DNA from: a virus
Lineage: Duplodnaviria > Heunggongvirae > Uroviricota > Caudoviricetes
Length of the DNA: 44,752 bases
Virus record (IMG/VR): IMGVR_UViG_2671180296_000008
Coordinates: 1 to 44,752 of that record
Reading direction: 5' to 3' (one strand)
Part shown: positions 9,195 through 21,030 of the stretch, in pieces
Numbering within the stretch: position 1 is the first letter of the stretch
Layout: every line of letters starts with the position of its first letter
Made by a program: the position numbers and the translations under genes
Notes under the pieces: generated by a model
Seen by the model: only the letters and a program-made list of their open reading frames with translations
Database searches by the model: none
What the model was told of the DNA's origin: nothing

Positions 9195-11192
9195 CTATTC
9201 TGACAACGCATCAGACTTAGCCCCCTGCGTCAGAGCGTTAATTGCCTTTTGTGCCTGCTGCATTGCTTTCTCAAAGGCTGTTGATCCGCGTGGGGTGTTT
9301 GCCATTCGGAGCATTGCATTTCTGAATGGTTCGCTCTCATAGGCGCGAGTAAGAAGTCCGTAGCTTACCGCTGCGCCAGTTGTCGCCGGGTTCATTGCCG
9401 TCCCATACCCGATAATGAACGGGATGGTTTGCTGCCCTGTTGGTGTTGTTACTGCCGCTTTTGCAGCCTGCTGCGTGGATTGCAGGTAGTTTTTCAATCC
9501 TTTCAGATAAGCAGCGTCCTGCCCCTTAAATGTGATGCCAGTCTGGTTTTGCAGGATGTTAAGTTGTCGAAGGAACTGATCAGGGGAACCACCTGATTTC
9601 TCCATCGCCTTTCCAATGATGCCATTGCGCATTTGCGCCCTGCCAACACGACCAACTGAGTTATACAGCGTCTTAATTTCCGATTTGTTCTTGCTGAATA
9701 GCATGTTGTTGACAACTTCCGGCGTCAGGTCGCCTTTCATGAGAACATTCTTCAGCCTGGTATTCTTTAGTTTCGCCGCTTCGTCAGCGTAGACGGCATT
9801 GGCCTGCTGATATTTACGGAGAGTATCGTTGCCCAGATTCTGACCAATGGCACCATTGATATCGTCGGTCATCGCCTTGTAAACACGTTGAATGGCGGCA
9901 TCGGAACGGTTTGGTAACACTGGTCGCTCCCCCTTCACGTCCATTCTGAACTGGCTGCGCAGATCGCTTAATTGCTTCAAATCCAGATTAACCGGACCAT
10001 CAGGGCCAGCATTGCGAACAAGCTCATCACGATATGACTGAAGTTTTGAAATAGTCTCGTTATCAGCAACCTTACCAAGCTTCTGCAGGTTAGATATTTC
10101 TGTATCAATCTGCTGAATTGCTCGCGCAGGCTGAATGTTTACTCCAGCCATAGCATTCTGAACCTGCTCCAGTCGATTACCGGCGGCACGACGAATTCCT
10201 GATGCTTTCGCTTTAAGGCTGTCAATAACAACTGCTGGATCATACTCACCGAATTTATCAGCAAATCTCTGCACCAACTGGCTTCTCGCTTCCTGTTGCG
10301 TTGCTCTCATTCCACTTGTGCCAGCCAGAGGGATATTTTCTGCTGTAGTCTGCGCCATTTTTCCGACGCGGGAAGTTGGTTGTAACAGGTCTGTGGTGTG
10401 CAGAGGAACTCCTTCACGCTCTGCAAATCTGATAGCCTGCTGCGCTTCTGGCGCGATAGCACCACGAACGCCACGATAAGCAGCACCTAATCCACGTCCG
10501 GCAGCGTTAATAGCACCGCCAGCAAGTACACCAACGCCTAAATCGGTGGCGAGTGCTTCCGCATCATCTTTCGCACTATTTGCAGCAAGTGATCCAACTG
10601 CGTTTTCTGCTAGAAGGCGAGTTGCCCCCTGAGCAATTCGACCAGCAAGTGTTGGTGCCTGTGTTGCCGCTCTCTCAACGCCAGCAGGAGTGAGGTAAGG
10701 CAATGCTTCAGCAAACACCCTGCCCTCTGTAGTTTGTGGAGTCAGCGCGCCTTGCTGAAGGCCAAAGTCCTGCTCTAATCCCTGCGTTGTTACTCGTGGC
10801 GCTGGTTGATATGTACCATCGCCAATGCCGAGTTTACCGCCAGCCCAAGCCGCCGCGCTTGTTACAGCATCTGCAACTGATGCAGGTATGTTTGCCACGT
10901 TCACGCCAGCCTGCACCAGTCCGCGACCAGTCTCTTTCACTGCTTCACCAAGATCAGACATAAATCCACTTTGCTGTGGTTGTTGCTGTGCTACTGGTTG
11001 CTGTGTATCCACTGGCTGCACAGATGGCAATGGATAGGCAGCATAGAAAGCTTGCTTAGCCTGCTCTGCATTTTCTCCGGCTTGCGGGGCCACGACTTCA
11101 TTGAAGTATTGCTCCTGAGCCTGCGCTTTTTGTTCTGGTGCTAACGCCTGATACTGTGGAGAGGCGATAACATCTTTCCATGCTTTAGCCAT
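9195..11192 (-). CDS. DNA-ejection (internal virion) protein, P22 gp16-like
   Basis: 665-aa Ala/Gln/Gly-rich ORF in the gp16 position after gp20. Confidence 0.7.
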   Translation of the reverse strand: MAKAWKDVIASPQYQALAPEQKAQAQEQYFNEVVAPQAGENAEQAKQAFYAAYPLPSVQPVDTQQPVAQQQPQQSGFMSDLGEAVKETGRGLVQAGVNVANIPASVADAVTSAAAWAGGKLGIGDGTYQPAPRVTTQGLEQDFGLQQGALTPQTTEGRVFAEALPYLTPAGVERAATQAPTLAGRIAQGATRLLAENAVGSLAANSAKDDAEALATDLGVGVLAGGAINAAGRGLGAAYRGVRGAIAPEAQQAIRFAEREGVPLHTTDLLQPTSRVGKMAQTTAENIPLAGTSGMRATQQEARSQLVQRFADKFGEYDPAVVIDSLKAKASGIRRAAGNRLEQVQNAMAGVNIQPARAIQQIDTEISNLQKLGKVADNETISKLQSYRDELVRNAGPDGPVNLDLKQLSDLRSQFRMDVKGERPVLPNRSDAAIQRVYKAMTDDINGAIGQNLGNDTLRKYQQANAVYADEAAKLKNTRLKNVLMKGDLTPEVVNNMLFSKNKSEIKTLYNSVGRVGRAQMRNGIIGKAMEKSGGSPDQFLRQLNILQNQTGITFKGQDAAYLKGLKNYLQSTQQAAKAAVTTPTGQQTIPFIIGYGTAMNPATTGAAVSYGLLTRAYESEPFRNAMLRMANTPRGSTAFEKAMQQAQKAINALTQGAKSDALSE

Positions 11193-12493
11193 TAATCACC
11201 CCATAGTGAAGAAAAGTTACTGCCAGTAGTAGATTGTTGCCCTGGCATATTCTGCACCGGCTCCTGATAATCAAACTGTTTTTTAACAGTGCTCAACTTG
11301 CTTTCAAGCTGATTTCTAATCTTTCCGATAGAGTCACGAAAAGCCTTTTCACTCATTTTGGGACTTAGGGCACCAACCGCATCGGATAGTTTTTTACCCT
11401 CAGCATCTGAAAGAGCGCCCATACCCTTCAGGGACTGCACCATAGGAAGGAATGTTTGAGCTTTAAAGGTGTCGAGCCTTGCTTCAAAGTTAGCCGCATC
11501 AGAACCAGGAACTGTCGGAAACGCGGAGCGAATTCCTACTGCTTTTGAAAGGCCGGGGCTTTGCTCTATCTCGTTGAGAGAATCAAGCGCGGTGCTGAAC
11601 GTATCAACTGCACCCTGAGCGGCGGCCTGCCTGTCAGCGCGTGCTATGTCAGCCTTTTGCCGAACATCTGCCTGTTTCTGTTTTAGCTCTTCAAGTTTTA
11701 ACTGATTGCTTTCTCTGGCTATCTGTCTGTCCAGAGCCTTTTCTTGTAATTCTGCTCTTTGTATTTCACGGGAAAGAGCAGCATTCTGTGCGCTGATGTT
11801 CTGTCCACGTATCTGGATGTCCTGACCTCGAGCTGTTAGAGCTTCTCCTGCCTGATTGCTGCGGATTGTCTCTGCAAGTTTTCCGCGATCAATCTCACGC
11901 CCAACGATTCTGTCTTGCGCCTGAAAATATTGTTCTGGACCAAGTGCAGCCATTCCAAGGTGATCAACAAACTCTGTGAAACCTTGTGGATTTTGCTGAT
12001 ACATTTTAGCCACATCCAGAGGGTCTACTCCGGCACGAGTAAGCTCAGATGAGTTGTTCTGCAACCATGACATCATGGCTTCTGGAGATGAAGCTGCGAG
12101 TCTGGCACTTGCTGCCAGTGTACCGACAGTGGAACGCTGGTCTTCATCGACAAATTTCATGCCGTTTCTTACAGCGTCAAACTGCTCAGGATACTGTGAT
12201 GCCAGTTTTCGCATTGCATCGCGGTCACCAGATGTATATGCATCAGCATAAGCCTGCTGAAACTCTTGCTGCCGCTTCTGCTGATCCATCTGCTTATACA
12301 TATCCATGACAGATGAAATACCCTGCAAAGCCTGCAAGCCAACGTTATTACGTCCTGAACGCTCCATCTCATTATTCTGTCGAATGTATGCAAGCGTGGC
12401 GTCTGCATCACTTGCTCTTGGAGCGTTGGAGTTCATGCCGCCTAACCCGGCAAGAAGCGCGCCTGAATTACCAGCCTGTTGCCATGTAGCCAA
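11192..12493 (-). CDS. DNA-ejection protein, P22 gp20-like
   Basis: 433-aa ORF at the conserved position; coiled-coil-rich. Confidence 0.7.
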   Translation of the reverse strand: MATWQQAGNSGALLAGLGGMNSNAPRASDADATLAYIRQNNEMERSGRNNVGLQALQGISSVMDMYKQMDQQKRQQEFQQAYADAYTSGDRDAMRKLASQYPEQFDAVRNGMKFVDEDQRSTVGTLAASARLAASSPEAMMSWLQNNSSELTRAGVDPLDVAKMYQQNPQGFTEFVDHLGMAALGPEQYFQAQDRIVGREIDRGKLAETIRSNQAGEALTARGQDIQIRGQNISAQNAALSREIQRAELQEKALDRQIARESNQLKLEELKQKQADVRQKADIARADRQAAAQGAVDTFSTALDSLNEIEQSPGLSKAVGIRSAFPTVPGSDAANFEARLDTFKAQTFLPMVQSLKGMGALSDAEGKKLSDAVGALSPKMSEKAFRDSIGKIRNQLESKLSTVKKQFDYQEPVQNMPGQQSTTGSNFSSLWGD

Positions 12494-12505
12494 GAGACAC
12501 CTCCA

Positions 12506-13165
12506 TTAAAAAAGTGAACCAAGAAGACCGACGCCAGCACCAATTGCCGTCCCCCAACCAGGCATGATTGCAGTACCTGCAGCTGCACCTGCCGCCGCTC
12601 CACCCAAGGCACTCTGAAATCCTGATGGTTTATTCGCATTAGCCGCAGATGCTGCCGCCTGCTGTTGATACAATTGGCTGACGTTGTTAGCGTAGTTCTG
12701 CCCAGCGTTTGCCTGACCTGTAAGAGCACCAAGGCCAATGTTTGCCAGATTGTTGTAGTTGTTCATCTGACCTGACAGCCAGTTTTGACCGAGTGTAGGT
12801 GCGATTGCTGCTAACTGGTTTCCTGTTGCTGTAGAGCCTAATCCACCCGTTGCCTCTGCTGCTGCCAGACTCTGATAGCGTGCCTGCCCTGCAAGGTCTT
12901 TATACTGCTGAGAGTTGTAATACTGGTTAAGCGCCTGACCTTGCCCCTGAAGAGAGGAAAGATTCTGCAACTGTGATACGTACTGCTTAGCGAGTGGCGT
13001 GAACGGTGCAAGGTTCTGCATGTTCGTTTGCCACATTTCACGCTGCAGTTCGATGCCCTTTTCAGTTGCGCGTGCCTGGGCTTTAGATCCGGAGTCGCTG
13101 CCGCCTTTCATATACCCATTCATGGGAAGCAATTTATTCTTGAAGCTTTCGCTAAGTACTAACAT
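12506..13165 (-). CDS. DNA-ejection protein, P22 gp7-like
   Basis: 219-aa Gly/Ala/Gln-rich ORF at the conserved position. Confidence 0.6.
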   Translation of the reverse strand: MLVLSESFKNKLLPMNGYMKGGSDSGSKAQARATEKGIELQREMWQTNMQNLAPFTPLAKQYVSQLQNLSSLQGQGQALNQYYNSQQYKDLAGQARYQSLAAAEATGGLGSTATGNQLAAIAPTLGQNWLSGQMNNYNNLANIGLGALTGQANAGQNYANNVSQLYQQQAAASAANANKPSGFQSALGGAAAGAAAGTAIMPGWGTAIGAGVGLLGSLF

Positions 13166-13622
13166 TTAATAGCTCCTCATATTTTGAACGAGGTAATTGA
13201 TAGAGGGTGATTCCAACCGGTTTTCCGTTACTCATGTACGCATCATCAAGGTGACCAACACGGGTAGCGCCAAGCAAACGGATAATTGCCCGTCCGTATT
13301 TCGTGGTGTCAGGAACCATGGTAATGCTGTTAAGGAATGGTGAGTTTTCGAGAAGCCACTTGCAGAATAATCGATGCCCTTGCAGTGCATATTCACCACG
13401 GAATCCGGGGTCGTACACCGCATGGCATTCAACAACACTATGCCAGAAGTTACGCACTTCATGAACGCCAGCCAGCACTAATCCTTCGTAGATGCCGAGG
13501 TATACCGCATCAGGCTTGATGTAGTATTTATCTCCACTATCTACGATATTTCCCGTGTTTGCCGGGTTGTTGAGGAATTCTGCAAGCTTCACCGGATTAT
13601 CGATGAGCTTTATTTCCATCAC
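13152..13622 (-). CDS. Head assembly protein, P22 gp14-like
   Basis: 156-aa ORF at the conserved position between gp26 and gp7. Confidence 0.6.
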   Translation of the reverse strand: MMEIKLIDNPVKLAEFLNNPANTGNIVDSGDKYYIKPDAVYLGIYEGLVLAGVHEVRNFWHSVVECHAVYDPGFRGEYALQGHRLFCKWLLENSPFLNSITMVPDTTKYGRAIIRLLGATRVGHLDDAYMSNGKPVGITLYQLPRSKYEELLNVST

Positions 13623-14467
13623 TGCTCCGCAATGATTTTGATAGTTGTGGCAGTAAACGCCGCACCATTCGACTGAATGGTTAACGTACTGCCATTTGTG
13701 GCAAGAAAGCCGTCTTTATCAACGCTAAAGAACGTAGCTAACAAGATGTTATCGGTTGTTGTAGCCGAGTTGCGACTGCTTACCAGTGTGTCAGGAACAG
13801 AGCCGGAAAAGGTTAGCTGCATTGACCTGTTGGCGGTTCCGCTGGGCCACGTCCCGACGATCGACAGCTTGAAGAACAAGGTTTTGTTCTCGTTGAACAC
13901 AACCATCTTGTTGTTAACGGTGTCGAAGAATGGTGCCAACGTGCCGGATGACGGCGTGAGCGTTTTCAGTAGGCTAACAAGGTTGGTCGGCGCTGTCGGG
14001 ATGGTTACAGATACGCCAGAGTAAACAACCTCCGACTTCTTGCGAGTAGTGGCATACTCCAGAGCATCGATGCGCGTTTCATGGTCTGAAACCTGCGATT
14101 CCAGCGACTGAACTCTGGTATCAAGCGACGCAATATCGCTTTCATTCTGAGCGATTCGCGTTTCATGTTCCTGAAGAGTTGATTCTGCCTGGCTGATTCG
14201 CTCCTCATGATTAACAAGCGTTGCTTCCGCAGCAGAAATTCGCTGCTCATGGTCAGCGAGAATCACATCCTGCTCATCGTTCCTGACTTGTGCGTCATAA
14301 GCACCCTGTCCGGCCTCGTTGGCCTTGTTAGCCACGTTACCAACATCAGTGCCCTGTGCGATAACGTACAGCAGATATGACTGCGAGAAGATATTGCGTG
14401 GAAGGACTGATGTGTCGAGCCGCGTAGCCTGGATGATTACCGGCTCATTGAGATTCGAATCCGCCAT
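13619..14467 (-). CDS. Tail needle protein (P22 gp26-like N-terminus) with C-terminal knob domain (Sf6-type)
   Basis: [43 protein letters not shown]... matches the gp26 N-terminus by recollection; extra C-terminal ~100 aa. Confidence 0.8.
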   Translation of the reverse strand: MADSNLNEPVIIQATRLDTSVLPRNIFSQSYLLYVIAQGTDVGNVANKANEAGQGAYDAQVRNDEQDVILADHEQRISAAEATLVNHEERISQAESTLQEHETRIAQNESDIASLDTRVQSLESQVSDHETRIDALEYATTRKKSEVVYSGVSVTIPTAPTNLVSLLKTLTPSSGTLAPFFDTVNNKMVVFNENKTLFFKLSIVGTWPSGTANRSMQLTFSGSVPDTLVSSRNSATTTDNILLATFFSVDKDGFLATNGSTLTIQSNGAAFTATTIKIIAEQ

Positions 14468-15885
14468 TACTCAATCCTTATCTGGCAGCCAGACAGAGTG
14501 ACAGGTGACTTCGTGATAACGCGCAATTTGAAGCCGACATTTTTCCTGATGCGCCCTACTCGCTTCCACAAAACACGCTTGTCGTAAACGAACGGTTCAT
14601 TCTGCTCAATCATCTGCTCACGACCATAATTTATGCCGTCAGTGGTTGCAGAGAGAAAAAGGCGGTCAGCATACTGCGCAACTCCAGTTGACGATTCAAC
14701 TTCAAGGTCGAAAACTCTGGCGTTATCCGCTTTGAACAGTGGAGTAAACAGCAGGTGTTCCTGTTGAAGCCCATACTGGCTGCTGATATCGAACTGCAAT
14801 TTCCCGATCACCGATTCCAGCTTATCGCCGCACGTTATCTGATTGCCTTCGTAAATGAAGTCGATAGCGCGGTACACATCGTCATACAAGCCTGTTTTCA
14901 GTACACACCATTGCGGACCATTGGCGCTTGAAGATGCGTCGTACACGAGAACATGGCGAGGAAGGTGGATAATCAGCAACTCATGGGCATCAAACCGCAG
15001 CGATTCCATTACGCCATCAGCCAGTTCATCAGCAGTGTAGGAGCGTAGTATTTTCTCAATGCTCGCGCTGGCGATTGGTGACACCTGACCGGAGCCGATG
15101 ATATATACAGACGGCGCACCTGTTGCCGGATTGCTGATGAATGCATAAGAATCAGCGAATGGCGTTTTGCAGTAAGTCCCGGCAATGCCTTTTTGCACCA
15201 TCAGCGATGGCTGTGCGACATACAAAGCGGCACCAACGGTGGTTGCCCCCGTCAGGGAGAAATATTCAATCGTCGATGAACCAAAGCAGACGATGAAGTC
15301 TCGCCATGTCCCGATACCGATGATGCCGTCCGGCTGAGACTCGGCACGATATTGTGCGCTGTAACGGTCAGGATGCGATTCGTCTTCAAGGTCAGTGATA
15401 AACCATGAATCAGTGCCGTCTTTTGACCACGCATAACGCCCACGTAAACGCGTAATGTCGCGAACCGAACCTAACTCATACTGAGTGAATCCGCTGTCTG
15501 TAGGCCAGTTTGAGACGGTTTTAACCGTGCCATCATAACGATACTCGACCAGTTGACCATTAACGCCTACCGCCTGTGATGTCCGACCATGCGCCATTGA
15601 TACGCGACCACTTCCGGCAACATCACCGACTTCACTTTCGCCCTTATACAACTTGCTACCACACACTCGATAAACAGCACTCTGCGCCATGTTGTACTCG
15701 ACGCCTCGAGATACACCGTTCACATCAGAACGTTTGGCAATGCCCGGGAATGATCGAAGATATCCGCTGCTGTTGAGGATTTCTTTGGGGGTTGCCAGCA
15801 TATTCACTGGCAGATAGTCGATATAGTCGGCGTTTCGAAAGTCTTTGCCGACACCTTTCATAAGCGGAAGTTGCTGAATCGGCAT
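14467..15885 (-). CDS. Tail hub protein, P22 gp10-like
   Basis: 472-aa ORF, same length and position as P22 gp10. Confidence 0.8.
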   Translation of the reverse strand: MPIQQLPLMKGVGKDFRNADYIDYLPVNMLATPKEILNSSGYLRSFPGIAKRSDVNGVSRGVEYNMAQSAVYRVCGSKLYKGESEVGDVAGSGRVSMAHGRTSQAVGVNGQLVEYRYDGTVKTVSNWPTDSGFTQYELGSVRDITRLRGRYAWSKDGTDSWFITDLEDESHPDRYSAQYRAESQPDGIIGIGTWRDFIVCFGSSTIEYFSLTGATTVGAALYVAQPSLMVQKGIAGTYCKTPFADSYAFISNPATGAPSVYIIGSGQVSPIASASIEKILRSYTADELADGVMESLRFDAHELLIIHLPRHVLVYDASSSANGPQWCVLKTGLYDDVYRAIDFIYEGNQITCGDKLESVIGKLQFDISSQYGLQQEHLLFTPLFKADNARVFDLEVESSTGVAQYADRLFLSATTDGINYGREQMIEQNEPFVYDKRVLWKRVGRIRKNVGFKLRVITKSPVTLSGCQIRIE

Positions 15886-16386
15886 TTATTCGCTCCCGTC
15901 ATCGCAAGGTTCCTTCCGGTGGAAGTAATTCCAACCGTTCCACTTCGCCAACTGGTTACCGCTACCAACAGGCATACGGTTTGGATAACCGGACTTACAT
16001 TTAGCGGCTTTTGCTCTGTCCATTGCAGACAGTTTGACGAGTCGCTCTTTCCCGTATCTGGCAGTGGTTATAAGTTTTGCTGACGATTCCAGCGCATAAT
16101 CCGGAGCAATGCGGCAGGCAAGGTTGAAAATGACGGCATTGATAGCGTTATTTGATAAACCGTGCTCATCGCCCGGATCCGGAGCGACATCTGCATCAGC
16201 AAAAATGTAGCCAACGTTGATACCAGGTGACACATCACCGCCAAGCCATTCAGCCATCATCATTTCAAGGTCGTTGACGCCGTCTTCCATAGACTGCGGT
16301 TCGACATCGGTTAACGTGGCATTTGATGCCACACCGAGCTTACGTAATGCCGCAAGAACTAAATCACCCTTCGTTGTCAGGTTCAT
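15886..16386 (-). CDS. Tail accessory factor, P22 gp4-like
   Basis: [33 protein letters not shown]... matches P22 gp4 by recollection; start at ATG 16386, the ORF-track extension is rejected. Confidence 0.8.
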   Translation of the reverse strand: MNLTTKGDLVLAALRKLGVASNATLTDVEPQSMEDGVNDLEMMMAEWLGGDVSPGINVGYIFADADVAPDPGDEHGLSNNAINAVIFNLACRIAPDYALESSAKLITTARYGKERLVKLSAMDRAKAAKCKSGYPNRMPVGSGNQLAKWNGWNYFHRKEPCDDGSE

Positions 16387-16600
16387 CTGCTGCCGCCTTA
16401 GGTTTTCGACCAGGCTTTTTACGCTGTTTTTCTTCTGGCTCTGGCTCTGGCTCTGCAACATCCTTCAAAAGGTCATCAGGATGTGAAAACCAACCAGCAT
16501 CCAGATATTCCTGAAGCTCTTCGGCTTTCACGATTTCAAAGTCGTAGCCAACGCCTTTCCACTTCTTCATGTCGCCATGACGAAAGATCATGTGTGTCAT
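16364..16600 (-). CDS. Hypothetical small protein between coat and gp4 genes
   Basis: ORF with GGAG upstream of ATG 16600; acidic/PEPEPE C-terminus; start uncertain. Confidence 0.4.
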   Translation of the reverse strand: MTHMIFRHGDMKKWKGVGYDFEIVKAEELQEYLDAGWFSHPDDLLKDVAEPEPEPEEKQRKKPGRKPKAAADEPDNEG

Positions 16601-16612
16601 GCTTGTCTCCAG

Positions 16613-16638
16613 ATAAAAAAGGGAGCCGAAGCTCCCTC
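16613..16638 (-). terminator. Rho-independent terminator just downstream of the coat gene
   Basis: Minus-strand GGGAGC-UUCG-GCUCCC followed by a U-run. Confidence 0.55.
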
Positions 16639-16644
16639 TGGTTA

Positions 16645-17940
16645 TCACGCGGTCTGGTTAGGCAGACCAACACCAATTGCCTCTGGTCGTACAGCACATG
16701 CTGAATACCACACAGCAATACGGCACTTACCAGACAGAGTGTTGATATCACCCTGCGTTGCGAAGATGCCGTTAACACCAATACCAGGAATGCTGAAGGA
16801 AGACGTTTTCATGCCAGCAAACAGCTCATGGGTTACCGGGATCGGCTGAGACAGCAGACGGATTGAGTCATCAGCCCAGAACACGTTAGCGGTGGTTGTT
16901 GCCACGTTCAGAACGTTTACCGGAGTGGTATCAGCAAGAGAGGTGTTTACGTTAGCGTAAGCCTTCTCTTCTTTTGTCAGTGACGCGTCATCCAGCGCAA
17001 TAGGCTTCGGCGTGATTTCGATGTGAGTACCATCGATCACACGGGTGATTGAGAAAGTCGCGTCATCAGTCAGCACGTTCTTCGCCATCTGAGACAGGAA
17101 TTTCACGCCAGTGAAGCTGATTTTGTCGCCGCGCTTAAATCCGGTGGTGGAGGATACGGTCACCGTTGCAACACGGTTGTCGACGTTCTCTTTGTTACCA
17201 TCGGTATCAAGAGTGTATGCCTGCGGCTTAAACTTCTGCGCACCAGAAACAGTTACACCAGTAGCGGTTGACTTGGTAACTGCCGGAAGTTTCGGTGAGC
17301 GAAGAATTTCATCAAAGCCAGCAATCTGACGCTGAATAGTACCGTTGCGATACGCTTCTTCAGGAACGCGCCCGAAGATGTCACCATCTACCAGGTTGCG
17401 GCCTGCTTTGCGGTAATCGTCAGGGTTCAGGAAGTAACTGATGCCCATATCGCGGTTTAGCTCACGGGAGAACATCAGGCGCTCTGCATCAGACACAAAA
17501 TCCCAGCCAGACAGGCCAGTAGATGGACCAATTGCTCGGGTATCGTGAACAACAAGTGAGCCCATTTCAGTTGCCTGTTTGGCAATTGCTGACTCAATGT
17601 TATTCGCCAGTTTTTTAGCGGATGCCTGGATGCGGCGACGGTAAGAACGCTCATCACGCAGGTCATCTGCACGAAGCTCGAAGAAATCGTTATCCGGATC
17701 GCCCATGTTGCATTTCACGGACAGTTCCAGAATACCGGTAGCGTTGCCAGTTAAATCCCAGCCAGTCTGCGTTGGCGCTTCCTGCTCAACAGGCATCCAC
17801 ACGGTGTTGCTTGAACGCTGCATGGATTCTGCCGGAGGGGTGTATTTTGTCACTTTGGACGCCATTGGCGTCAGGTTCTGGACGGTTTCGATGATTTCAT
17901 CCAGAGCATACGTGACCAGTTGACCTTCATTTAATGCCAT
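16645..17940 (-). CDS. Major capsid (coat) protein, P22 gp5-like
   Basis: [29 protein letters not shown]... near-collinear with the P22 coat protein by recollection. Confidence 0.9.
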   Translation of the reverse strand: MALNEGQLVTYALDEIIETVQNLTPMASKVTKYTPPAESMQRSSNTVWMPVEQEAPTQTGWDLTGNATGILELSVKCNMGDPDNDFFELRADDLRDERSYRRRIQASAKKLANNIESAIAKQATEMGSLVVHDTRAIGPSTGLSGWDFVSDAERLMFSRELNRDMGISYFLNPDDYRKAGRNLVDGDIFGRVPEEAYRNGTIQRQIAGFDEILRSPKLPAVTKSTATGVTVSGAQKFKPQAYTLDTDGNKENVDNRVATVTVSSTTGFKRGDKISFTGVKFLSQMAKNVLTDDATFSITRVIDGTHIEITPKPIALDDASLTKEEKAYANVNTSLADTTPVNVLNVATTTANVFWADDSIRLLSQPIPVTHELFAGMKTSSFSIPGIGVNGIFATQGDINTLSGKCRIAVWYSACAVRPEAIGVGLPNQTA

Positions 17941-18851
17941 TATCGAATTCCTTTATTCAGTTGCGCCTTGAGCTTGCGGTATGTCTCTACATCCCCTTTG
18001 TTTGCTGCCGCTTCCATCTGCTTTTCAATCGCAGAGATATTTGCAGCAACAGCATGTCCCTGAATGGGTTCATCAGGTAACGGGGCTTCTGAAACAGGCT
18101 TGGCTCGAGGCTTGAGAGTTAAACGTTCTGACAGTCGAGTGAGTTCAATCAACGCGGATTGCCCGTCCATCGCCAGCAACTGGCGTGTTTTCTCAGGATT
18201 AGCACCAAGGTGATACATGAGAGCAGCGGATTTCTCCGGGAAGAGGCGCATGATGTCGGCACCGACTGCTGGCGGCACCAGTTGCATGAATGCATCCTCT
18301 TTCTCCTGATAGTCAGGGATATTAAGCTTTTCCGCTGCGTCGTAGTGCTTACGGGCTGCCTCGACGTATTGCGCTGATTGCTGGGTGAACTCCTGAGTTT
18401 TGCGACCCTGCTCGGCGACAGCCTGGCTTCGTGCGTCCATAGCCTTGATCTGCCATTCACTGTTTGCCTGCTGGAAGGCAGCCAGTGCTCGGCTCTGGTC
18501 ATAGTCGTACTTAGCCAGCGCATCTTCGGAAAGATAATCGTTAGGGTCTGGTTGTTTTGGTAACTCAGGGTTCACCCGCAGGTGCTCCGGCAACTCACCA
18601 CGCTTAACCGCTTCCATCTGCTGCTCAAGCTCACGCTGGCGTTTGCGTTCGATGCGGCGACGGGCAAATTCAGCATTAGTTGCCGGGTCTTGTTTTGGTT
18701 TCTCATCGTCTTTCAGGACAATCTCGAAGCCTTCTTCCTGACCTGCGTTGTCGTTGGCATTATCGACAACTAAGCCATCAGCAGATGCCGCTGCATGATT
18801 GCCGGGCAGGGTTAATTCTTCAGAAGCCTGAATGTCGGTGGTTTGGTCCAT
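17940..18851 (-). CDS. Scaffolding protein, P22 gp8-like
   Basis: 303-aa acidic coiled-coil ORF directly upstream of the coat gene. Confidence 0.85.
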   Translation of the reverse strand: MDQTTDIQASEELTLPGNHAAASADGLVVDNANDNAGQEEGFEIVLKDDEKPKQDPATNAEFARRRIERKRQRELEQQMEAVKRGELPEHLRVNPELPKQPDPNDYLSEDALAKYDYDQSRALAAFQQANSEWQIKAMDARSQAVAEQGRKTQEFTQQSAQYVEAARKHYDAAEKLNIPDYQEKEDAFMQLVPPAVGADIMRLFPEKSAALMYHLGANPEKTRQLLAMDGQSALIELTRLSERLTLKPRAKPVSEAPLPDEPIQGHAVAANISAIEKQMEAAANKGDVETYRKLKAQLNKGIR

Positions 18852-18864
18852 GATTAACTCTCTC

Positions 18865-21030
18865 TTATTGAGGTGTCTCGGCTACTCCGCCGGAGGGGAT
18901 TTGAACTTGACGCATAAGATTCGCGAAATCCATGCGTTGTGAATGAGTCTGGTCTGCATCTTTAAGAAGCAGCTCAGCGTTAGCGCGAGCATCTTTGCTG
19001 CGCTGTTGCTGGAATTGACCTACGAGCTTGAGGTACTCACGCAGTTCTGCCTGCTTGTCGAGGTCCATATTGTTGAAGATTTCTGCAATCTTCGCGGCGT
19101 TGAGTTGGTTTTGAGCTTCAACCTTGGCAGCTTCAACCTGAATCTGCGCCTGTTGGTTCTCTGCCTTGAGCAATTCAGCCTGACCTTGCAGAAGGATACC
19201 CTGCGCCTGAATTTGCTCTGCTGATGGCTGCTGCGGCTGTTGTTGTGCCTGTTGCACCATCTCCATCTCTTCAGGTGTTTCTGGTTTCTTCAGCCCCATC
19301 ATCACCAGTTGCTTGTTAGCGTACTCTCGCATCATCTCGACGCCTTTACCGTCAAGCAGCGTGAAGTATTGCAGCATCAGCATCTGGAACTCTGGAGTAC
19401 CTTGCGGAACCTTGGTTAGCAACTCCTGAATCTCTGCGCGGTTCTGTTCCTTCATACTCTGGAAGGATGGCCCAACGTCTGTATAGCACTCATATCGACC
19501 ACGAATGTCGTTGAGTGTGACCACATTGCCGGACTGGTAATCGACAACTTGCGCATAGAGTTGAACGTCTTTCTCGCTTCCATCTTCAAGTGTCAGCGTT
19601 ACATGACGAGGAACGTCATAAATATCGTTGACCATTGAGGCATAAATCTCGCCATCACGTCGCATTGCAGTAGCCAGGTTATCCTGAAACACGTATGTCT
19701 CAAGATCTGCCCGCATGTTCAGTTGATTGACGGTATCGAAAGCGACCTGAGAGTTTGCTGCCTGCGCATCCACACCAAGACTAGCCACCTCTTTCACTGC
19801 GTTGGTGGCAGCCTCAAGCATGTAAGCGTTGGCTTGCGGCACTTCAGGGTTTTCCATGTAGGAGATTGGACCAATCGGCAGGTCGTTACCGTTTTCATCG
19901 GTCCTGTTCTGCAGATAGTACGGATAGTCATCATTTCCACCGTACATGTATTCGTAGCCTTCGATTTGCTCAGGGAAGAAGGTCGGTTTCTTCTTCGGTG
20001 AACGAGCAACAATATCGGCGTTGAACGACATGATCATGTTACGAAGGCGTTGACCGTCTTTCGTCAGCCTTACCACGCCCTCGTAGCACTCCTTGTCACC
20101 AGCGAATGACCATTCGCCGTACACAGGAACGATTGGGATATGCTCTCCAGCTATCTTCTCGCGGTCTTTCAGTATCTGCGTGCAGGTGATGATCGACTTA
20201 TACACACGCCGACGCTTCACCTTGCGCTCTGCTACCTTAATAAATCCACGATTAGCCAGGTCGTCGATGACGTCTTTGATATCCTGCTGGTAATAGCTGA
20301 CTGGCTCACCTGTCAGCGGGTCGCGGTAGATGAAGACTTTCTCTTTCTTCTCTTCGACCTCGTAATACTCAGCGACGTAGACGACATCATTCGATACCCA
20401 CGGAAACAGCCATGTATCGTTCGGATTCTGGAAAGATGGCAAGGTGTCCGGATCAATACCGTAATCCTCTGCGAACTCTTTCCAGCCATTGCGCGACAAG
20501 GCGTTAATCACCGTGCAGTGCTTAGCGTCGCTCTTATCCATCTGCTTGCTGTTGGCGTCCCATATGACGTGTGAGCAGGCTTCATGAATTGGCAGGCGTC
20601 GAATTACCTGATTGTTGCTTGTTGGGTCGTTGTCTTCGTACTGCGTGACCAGACGCCATGCACCAACGCCGGACTCTATCTGCTCACGAACGCCAACGTT
20701 AACAGCAATCTTTGCCGTGTTATGGCGCATATCAGTACGATACATCCCCATCAACACATCGGCAGCATCAGGATTAGCGCCATCTTTTGGTCGGAAGAGA
20801 ACGTCGATAGGGTTCCGGCGCATCTCTGCGACAAGCTTCCTGACCACCGGGCGAACAACATCGAATTGCCCGCGATATTGCAGGGTGGTGTAGTTTGATA
20901 GCCAGTCATCCCATTGCGACACTCGGCTAAAATACAGGTCATTTGTCGCCTCGGTTCTGGCTTCATCGCTCGCCATCCAGTCCGCGTCAAACTTACACAG
21001 AATGGAATTGAGTCTGTTTTCGTCGGCCAT
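18865..21030 (-). CDS. Portal protein, P22 gp1-like
   Basis: 721-aa [28 protein letters not shown]... at the portal position. Confidence 0.9.
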   Translation of the reverse strand: MADENRLNSILCKFDADWMASDEARTEATNDLYFSRVSQWDDWLSNYTTLQYRGQFDVVRPVVRKLVAEMRRNPIDVLFRPKDGANPDAADVLMGMYRTDMRHNTAKIAVNVGVREQIESGVGAWRLVTQYEDNDPTSNNQVIRRLPIHEACSHVIWDANSKQMDKSDAKHCTVINALSRNGWKEFAEDYGIDPDTLPSFQNPNDTWLFPWVSNDVVYVAEYYEVEEKKEKVFIYRDPLTGEPVSYYQQDIKDVIDDLANRGFIKVAERKVKRRRVYKSIITCTQILKDREKIAGEHIPIVPVYGEWSFAGDKECYEGVVRLTKDGQRLRNMIMSFNADIVARSPKKKPTFFPEQIEGYEYMYGGNDDYPYYLQNRTDENGNDLPIGPISYMENPEVPQANAYMLEAATNAVKEVASLGVDAQAANSQVAFDTVNQLNMRADLETYVFQDNLATAMRRDGEIYASMVNDIYDVPRHVTLTLEDGSEKDVQLYAQVVDYQSGNVVTLNDIRGRYECYTDVGPSFQSMKEQNRAEIQELLTKVPQGTPEFQMLMLQYFTLLDGKGVEMMREYANKQLVMMGLKKPETPEEMEMVQQAQQQPQQPSAEQIQAQGILLQGQAELLKAENQQAQIQVEAAKVEAQNQLNAAKIAEIFNNMDLDKQAELREYLKLVGQFQQQRSKDARANAELLLKDADQTHSQRMDFANLMRQVQIPSGGVAETPQ

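Noticed and set aside
9126-9203. 25-aa hydrophobic ORF (MQSGTINLAFYIFGFCTFLVFEKLF) downstream of the lipoprotein gene
   Set aside because: Too short and without clear translation signals. It shares a 13-nt upstream motif with 38586-38598, but a 13-mer repeat is expected by chance in 45 kb.
13677-14024. Antisense ORFs inside structural genes (for example 13677-14024, 19723-20001, 20140-20574, 20584-20898)
   Set aside because: They lie fully within well-supported minus-strand genes and have no independent signals.
16437-16454. Tandem hexamer (GGCTCT)x3
   Set aside because: Only three units, inside coding sequence (encodes PEPEPE in the small ORF). Not a CRISPR or VNTR-type array.
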